Under the pieces are notes generated by a model. The model was not told the origin of the DNA and searched no databases. It worked only from the letters and a program-made list of their open reading frames with translations. Source: the human T2T-CHM13v2.0 reference genome, Homo sapiens. Taken from it: DNA of 64,000 nt. Shown in pieces: positions 56,275 to 64,000 of this stretch (its first letter is position 1; each line of letters starts with the position of its first letter). The position numbers and the translations under genes were made by a program. The DNA is taken from NCBI RefSeq assembly GCF_009914755.1, contig NC_060933.1; one strand, given 5' to 3'.

Positions 56275-56319
56275 GCGCCCCTCGCGCCCCTTGCGCCCCT
56301 CGCGCCCCTTGCGCCCCTC
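56275..56319. repeat. 9-bp repeat GCGCCCCT(C/T) x5, alternating (18-bp higher-order unit)
   Basis: Read directly. Confidence 0.9.
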
Positions 56320-57395
56320 TCCCTCGCGACGCCGGCCTCTGCCCGGGCCGCCGGCGCCCCTAGGCTGCTCTTCCCCCGGGGCCTCTCACGGGACTACAGC
56401 CGCCCGGGCGCGTGCCCTCCCTCAGCTTCCCTGGCAGTCCCTGAACTTGGAACGGATTCTCCTGCTTCGACGTCGCTCAAGTCGGCCCTACCATTTTCTC
56501 AGGTCTTGGAGATGACTCCAACGTCCTCTCAGCCACACTTCCCATCTCTGTTCTGACACCTCTGAAATCCACACCCCAGCCGGCCGCGAAAGAGGTCTTC
56601 CTAAAGCCGTGACTGTGCCCTTCGCGGCCAACACCCCTTGAGGAGCTCCCCATCACCCGCAGCAGTGGTAGGGACCAGAGTGGGGGACAGAGAGAGAGAA
56701 GGATGTGGACTCCGACCCGCACTGAGGCCAATAAGAGGGTTCCATTGCTAGGATAAAAAGCAAACTAACCAGGATCCTTAAGATGAAGTGCGGGGCCCTT
56801 GACTTGGCCTTTTCCCTCCATCCTCAGTTCTTGGCATTCCCTGCCTCACCCTTGGCGCTCCAGCAGTACTGGTGAGCCTGGCATATAAGCATCGCGGGGG
56901 CAGAGAACAGAGCTGTCCTGGTCACCCCTGGGTGCCCAGAGCTGGCTCAGGCCTGGCCCATGGGACATCATCTGTGTGTTGTATGAGTCAGTGTCTGACC
57001 CGCTGGTGCTTCCTCCCTTGTGCTGCACTGTTTCTCATCTGGGCCCTTATTCATATCACACTCTTCTCTCTACTTAGAATTTTCTTTCCTTTCCTCTCTG
57101 TATACGCCCACCCCTCCTCCTTCGGAAGTCTTCCTTGAACCCCAGATTGAGCTCTTTGCTGTATTAATAATCTGTGCACCTGTCTTCAAGTCCACATAAC
57201 ACTGCGTGTAGTTACCCAGGTAGTATGTCTCCCCCACTAGACTTGGAGAACCAGACAGATAACGGTCTCTGTGCTCATGGTGCTTACATGCTTGTTGCTG
57301 GAGCATGAAGGATGTGAGAAACTGAACCAAGGGATGAGGCTGAAGAGACAAGCCGGAAGCTGGATCCCTCAGGCCTGAAGTGGAATGCATGGAGC

Positions 57396-57588
57396 AGCGC
57401 TGTCCCGTGGAACTTTCCGCAGTGATGGAAACCTATAATCCATGCTGTCTGTTACGGTAGCCTCTAGGCACCTGTGGCCATGCAGCACTTGTAATGTGGC
57501 TAGTTGAGCTAAGGAACTGAATTTTACATTTTATTTAGCTTTAATTAATTTAACCGCCTAGGACTAAAGTCTACCATATTGGGCAGTG
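57396..57588 (+). mobile_element. MER3-like hAT element
   Basis: CAGCGCTGTCC..GAACTTTCCGCAGTGATGGAAA..CACTTGTAATGTGGCTAGT. Confidence 0.7.
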
Positions 57589-57779
57589 CCAGTTTAGAAA
57601 ATGTTTCCCTTTGAATTCCCACTTTTATTACCCTCTCCTTTGTCTTCATAACCTTACACCTGAAAGACTAATGATTTCCTGGCCTCCAGAGTTTTCTTAT
57701 TCTCTATTTGATACTCCATGACATTATCTTATCAGCTGTAGGATAATAATGATTATCATTTTTTCTGACTATAAAACTA

Positions 57780-58400
<621 letters not shown>

Positions 58401-58419
58401 AAAACTAATTTGTGTTTGT

Positions 58420-59590
<1,171 letters not shown>

Positions 59591-59964
59591 TCTGTTTATG
59601 CTTAAGTAAAAGTGAATTCCTTAACTTAAAACAGATAAATGTTCATCTATACCTTCTCCCCTTATTTTTGTTGCTTCGAAAAACTACCCCTTAATTCATT
59701 AATCCAAATTACCTCACAACCCTGACTGTGTGTCAGAATCACCTGTGGACCGTCTTAGCCATACAGGTGCATATGGGTGCCCCTGCTCCAGGCCTGTTGA
59801 TTCAGAAAGTTCAGGGTGGCACTGGGCCTGTGGATGTTCAGAAAGCTCTGCAGGTGCTTCAGAGGCAACAGCGCCTGCCTCAATTGTGGGCCTGTTACCA
59901 GATTGGCCTCCCTTATCCAAAGTCCTTAATTCTTTCTCATTTCCTGTTATATCCATTTTATGTA

Positions 59965-60260
59965 TTTATTCATTTATTTTTGAGACAAAGTCTCACTCTA
60001 TTGCCCAGGCTGGAGTGCAGTGGCATAATCATAGCTCACTGCATCCTTGAACTCCTGGACTTAAGCGATTCTCCAACCCCAGCCTCCCGAGTAGCTGAGA
60101 CTACAGGTGAGTGCCACCATGCCCAGCTAACTTTTAAAATTTTGTGTAGAGACTTGATCTCACTTTGTTTCCCAGGCTGATCTCGAAATCCTGGCCTCAA
60201 GCTATCCTACTGCCTTGGCTTCCCAAAGTGCTGGGTTACAGGCTTGAGCCACCATACCCA
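59965..60260 (-). mobile_element. AluJ element
   Basis: Antisense Alu, ATCATAGCTCACTGCA diagnostic. Confidence 0.9.
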
Positions 60261-60845
60261 GCAGTTTAAATGCCTCATGTTTAGGGCTTTTCAGAATCTG
60301 GTTTAGCCATATTTACCTAAGCATCTTGTTGGCATCAGGAGAAGAAAGTCCTTATTTTCACTTTGGCAACTCTGTTGGCTAAATATCTGATGTCAGCTCT
60401 GATAACTAACTAGCCTGCAGACACAGCAAACTGATGAATGTAAAGGCGAAGGGAATAGCCCAGGCATTAGGCCTCCAGGCAGGGGCAGTGAGAGACTAGC
60501 TGGGAAACCTGGATGCAGTAGAATAAGACACTTATGCTGTTAAACCACTTGCCCTGGATGTGTTTGCCATCATTTTGTAGGAAGGCACATCAGATAGTGT
60601 TAAAGAACAAGGGCTTTGGAGTGAGACAGACTTGGGTTCAAGTTTCTGTCTTTTCACTCACCACTTGTGAACTTGGACAAATTGCGTAACCCCTCTGAAC
60701 CTTAGTTAACTCCTTTATAAAATGACCTGCCTCAAAGTATTGCTGTCAGCTTTAAATGAACTAATTAATGCAAAGTGCTAAAAACAGTACCTGGCACAAA
60801 GCTTTAGTAAATGGTAACTGCTCTGGACAAAAATGACAAACATTC

Positions 60846-61140
<295 letters not shown>

Positions 61141-61401
61141 GACGTTTACATAAAAATTCTTCTCAACCTTTTCCTCCCCTTGCCTGATTGAAACTTCGGC
61201 TTTGTCTATTCAGTTTTTCCTCCTCCCCTGCCCTCAGAATAAGGTTCTGCTTTGCTTTGTTGCATTTTTGAGCTGCAGATTTAGGAAGAGAGGAGGTGAG
61301 GAAAAGGACAATAGGTACCTAGGGAAATGGTTAGGATTGGCTGAACAAAACTTTTAGGGGTGTTTAGAGGTGAAACATACAGGAAAACCTACTTTGTGTG
61401 A

Positions 61402-61846
<445 letters not shown>

Positions 61847-62114
61847 AGGCAAATGATATTTTAAGACATATATCTGTTGTCTTTTGTCCCTTTGTGGTGA
61901 TCAAGAAATTGATGAACCAGAGTTATTTTAAAATATTTTCTATTGCTGAGCTGTGTCATTTTGGCTGCAATATTTCATAGAGGCCAAACCACATATGAGC
62001 TACCACATTAACAGGGTTATATATTAGTAGGATTGAATTTGTGAGGTAAATCCTGAAGATCAAATAATCTCAACTTTGAATGGAACTTTAGACATCACCT
62101 AGGTCAACTGCTCA

Positions 62115-62440
62115 GACATTGCTTCTCAAAGTGTGGTCCCTGGACCAGCAGCATCTGCATTCCCTAAGAACTTGTTAGAAATCAGATTCTCAAGCCTCAC
62201 CCCAAATCTACTTAGTCGGAATCTGTGGAATGGGGCTAACGAAACTGAGTCAGATTGCTAATACAGTTCTCAAACAGAGCATAGATAGGAGGAGGGCTTC
62301 TTAAAACACAGTTGCCTGAGCCCCACCCCCAGAGATTCTGATTCACAAGGTCATCAGTGGGTTCTATGAATCTGTGTTTTTAACACGCTCATAAATAATG
62401 CCATACTGCTGGCCCAGGGACATACAGTACTTCAAAAACC
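62115..62440. mobile_element. MER5-family hAT fragments
   Basis: TTCTCAAAGTGTGGTCCCTGGACCAGCAGCATC..CTTGTTAGAAAT motifs; similar fragments near 700-820, 18305-18480, 44200-44360 and 59730-59870. Confidence 0.7.
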
Positions 62441-62789
62441 AACCCTCTGAGTAATACCAGAATCTTTCCTGCAACAACCTTTGTAGTTGATCATTTGGCT
62501 TCTGTTTCTTACATCTAAGGTCCAGGAGCCCACCACTTCATAAAGCAAGCCTTTTTAATATTGAGCAGCTGCATTAGCTTTCCCTGAGAGTGAAGTCAAA
62601 GCTTGCCTCATTATTCTTGCCACCCATCACTCATGATGCTCTCATGGCCACTTGCAGTACCAATGTTCGTAGGCTGATTCCAGGTGTAGCCTTAATTGTC
62701 AGGTGGCTCTTACCCACTTGTAATCACCATTGAACCCTTCTCCTTCAGCTACTGAAGCAGGAGTAGTAACTCATCAACATCCCTTCTTT

Positions 62790-63083
62790 TTGTCTTTTTA
62801 AAAGACAGATTCTCACTCTGTTGCCCAGGCTGGAGTACAGTGGCATGATCATAGCCCACTGCAGCCTTGAACTCCTGGGCTCGATGATCCTCCTGCCTCA
62901 GCCTCCTGAGTAGCTAGGACTACAGGTATGCACAACTACTCCTGGCTAATTTTTAAATTTTTGTGTAGAGATGAGGTCTTCCTGTGTTGCCCAGGCTGGC
63001 CTCGAACTCCTAGGCTCAAGTGATCCTTCCACCTTAGCCTCTCAAGGCACTAGGATTACAGGCATGAGGCACCGTGCCCAGCC
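62790..63083 (-). mobile_element. AluJ element
   Basis: Antisense Alu body. Confidence 0.9.
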
Positions 63084-63279
63084 TGCATTAGCATCTTTCC
63101 TGATTGGCTGATATCAGTGCCTTACCAGTAGTTAAATTTTTTCTTAATATTGTCAAAATCTATGAATGACAAGCAAAGGAGAGTTATTGGTTCCTGCAAT
63201 TGCAAAATGCTGGGGTAGACCAAGTGTTGGGAAAAGATGGCTCCAGGTGCTTGAATAATGACATTAGTAGTCTTCATCT

Positions 63280-63970
63280 TCTGGGTTGACTTTATGCTCA
63301 AGGCCTTTCCTCATCGAGGCAAAGAAAGTTAACTACTCCAGACTTAATTTCAATGTAGGATCCCAGCAGAAATATAGGACTGCTTTCTCAATAATTCTAG
63401 CATATGACTTGGCATGGTGGCTTGTGCCTGTAATCCCAAAATTTTTGAGTCCAGGAGGTCGAGGTTTCAGTGAGTCATGATTATACCACTGCACTCCGGC
63501 CTGGGTGACAGAGCAAGACCTTGTCTCAAAAGAAAATAAAAAATAAAAATTAGTTGGGCATGGTATTGCATGCCTGTAGTCCCAGCTACTCAGGGGGCTG
63601 AGATGAGAGGATCACTAGAGTAGGAGCTTGAGGCTACAGTGAGCCAGGATCATGCCACTGCACTCCAGCCTGGGTGACAAAGTGAAACCCTGTCTCTTAA
63701 AATAACAATAATATTTCTAGCATATGTCCCTGAGTTGACATTCATTGGCTCTCTTGGGTTCCATGGTCATCCTTGAACCAATTGCTTTGGCTAGAAGGGG
63801 GTGAAACATGCTGATTGGCTGGGCCTGGTCACGTGCTGAAATCTTCCATTCACAGAGACCAAGAAGTAGTGATTTCTCAAAGGAAAACCACAGTGCTATT
63901 ACCAGAAGAAGGGAATTGATATTGGGTTGGTAGAAAAAAAAGTCATTATATCTGGGATGCTTTTCCAAAG
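63280..63970. mobile_element. MLT1K-like LTR with inserted rearranged Alu pieces (~63405-63710)
   Basis: GCTGATTGGCTGGGCCTGGTCACGTGC, TACCAGAAGAAGGGAAT motifs; Alu right-arm pieces. Confidence 0.55.
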
Positions 63971-64000
63971 TATGAATACCCAGATGCCACCCAGGGTCAC

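Larger units (their letters stand above)
54670..56640 (+). promoter_or_regulatory. GARNL3: CpG island / GC-box promoter, probably the GARNL3 5' end
   Basis: Very high CpG and GC content, many GGGCGG boxes; gene identity from recalled 9q33.3 gene order RALGPS1-GARNL3. Confidence 0.8.

Overview
Human (primate) genomic DNA, rich in Alu, L1, L2, MIR, MaLR and MER repeats. The + strand carries the 3' half of RALGPS1, a Ral GEF with a PxxP motif and a PH domain. Nine exons splice in frame with canonical GT-AG sites: 5155-5222, 25514-25640, 26897-27054, 29438-29489, 42575-42680, 43071-43163, 43388-43493, 45195-45286 and 49184-49213 (stop). A ~4.4-kb 3'UTR follows. There is also an in-frame 84-nt cassette exon (41139-41222), a likely intronic terminal exon giving a GEF-only protein (8336-~8470), and an alternative C-terminal exon (47350-47445). 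About 1 kb past the poly(A) signals lies a CpG island (~54670-56640), which I assign from recalled gene order to the GARNL3 5' end; it holds a candidate coding first exon (55756-55847). The main structures these features do not explain are two intronic inverted duplications of apparently non-transposon sequence: 222-bp arms at ~95% identity (12251-12472 / 14161-14382) and ~135-bp arms at ~85% identity (34250-34384 / 35618-35750). The first covers a cryptic in-frame splice acceptor. A perfect 21-bp x5 minisatellite sits at 29944-30051. Gene and repeat-family names come from my recall of the sequences, not from a search. No wholly new system can be established from the sequence alone.
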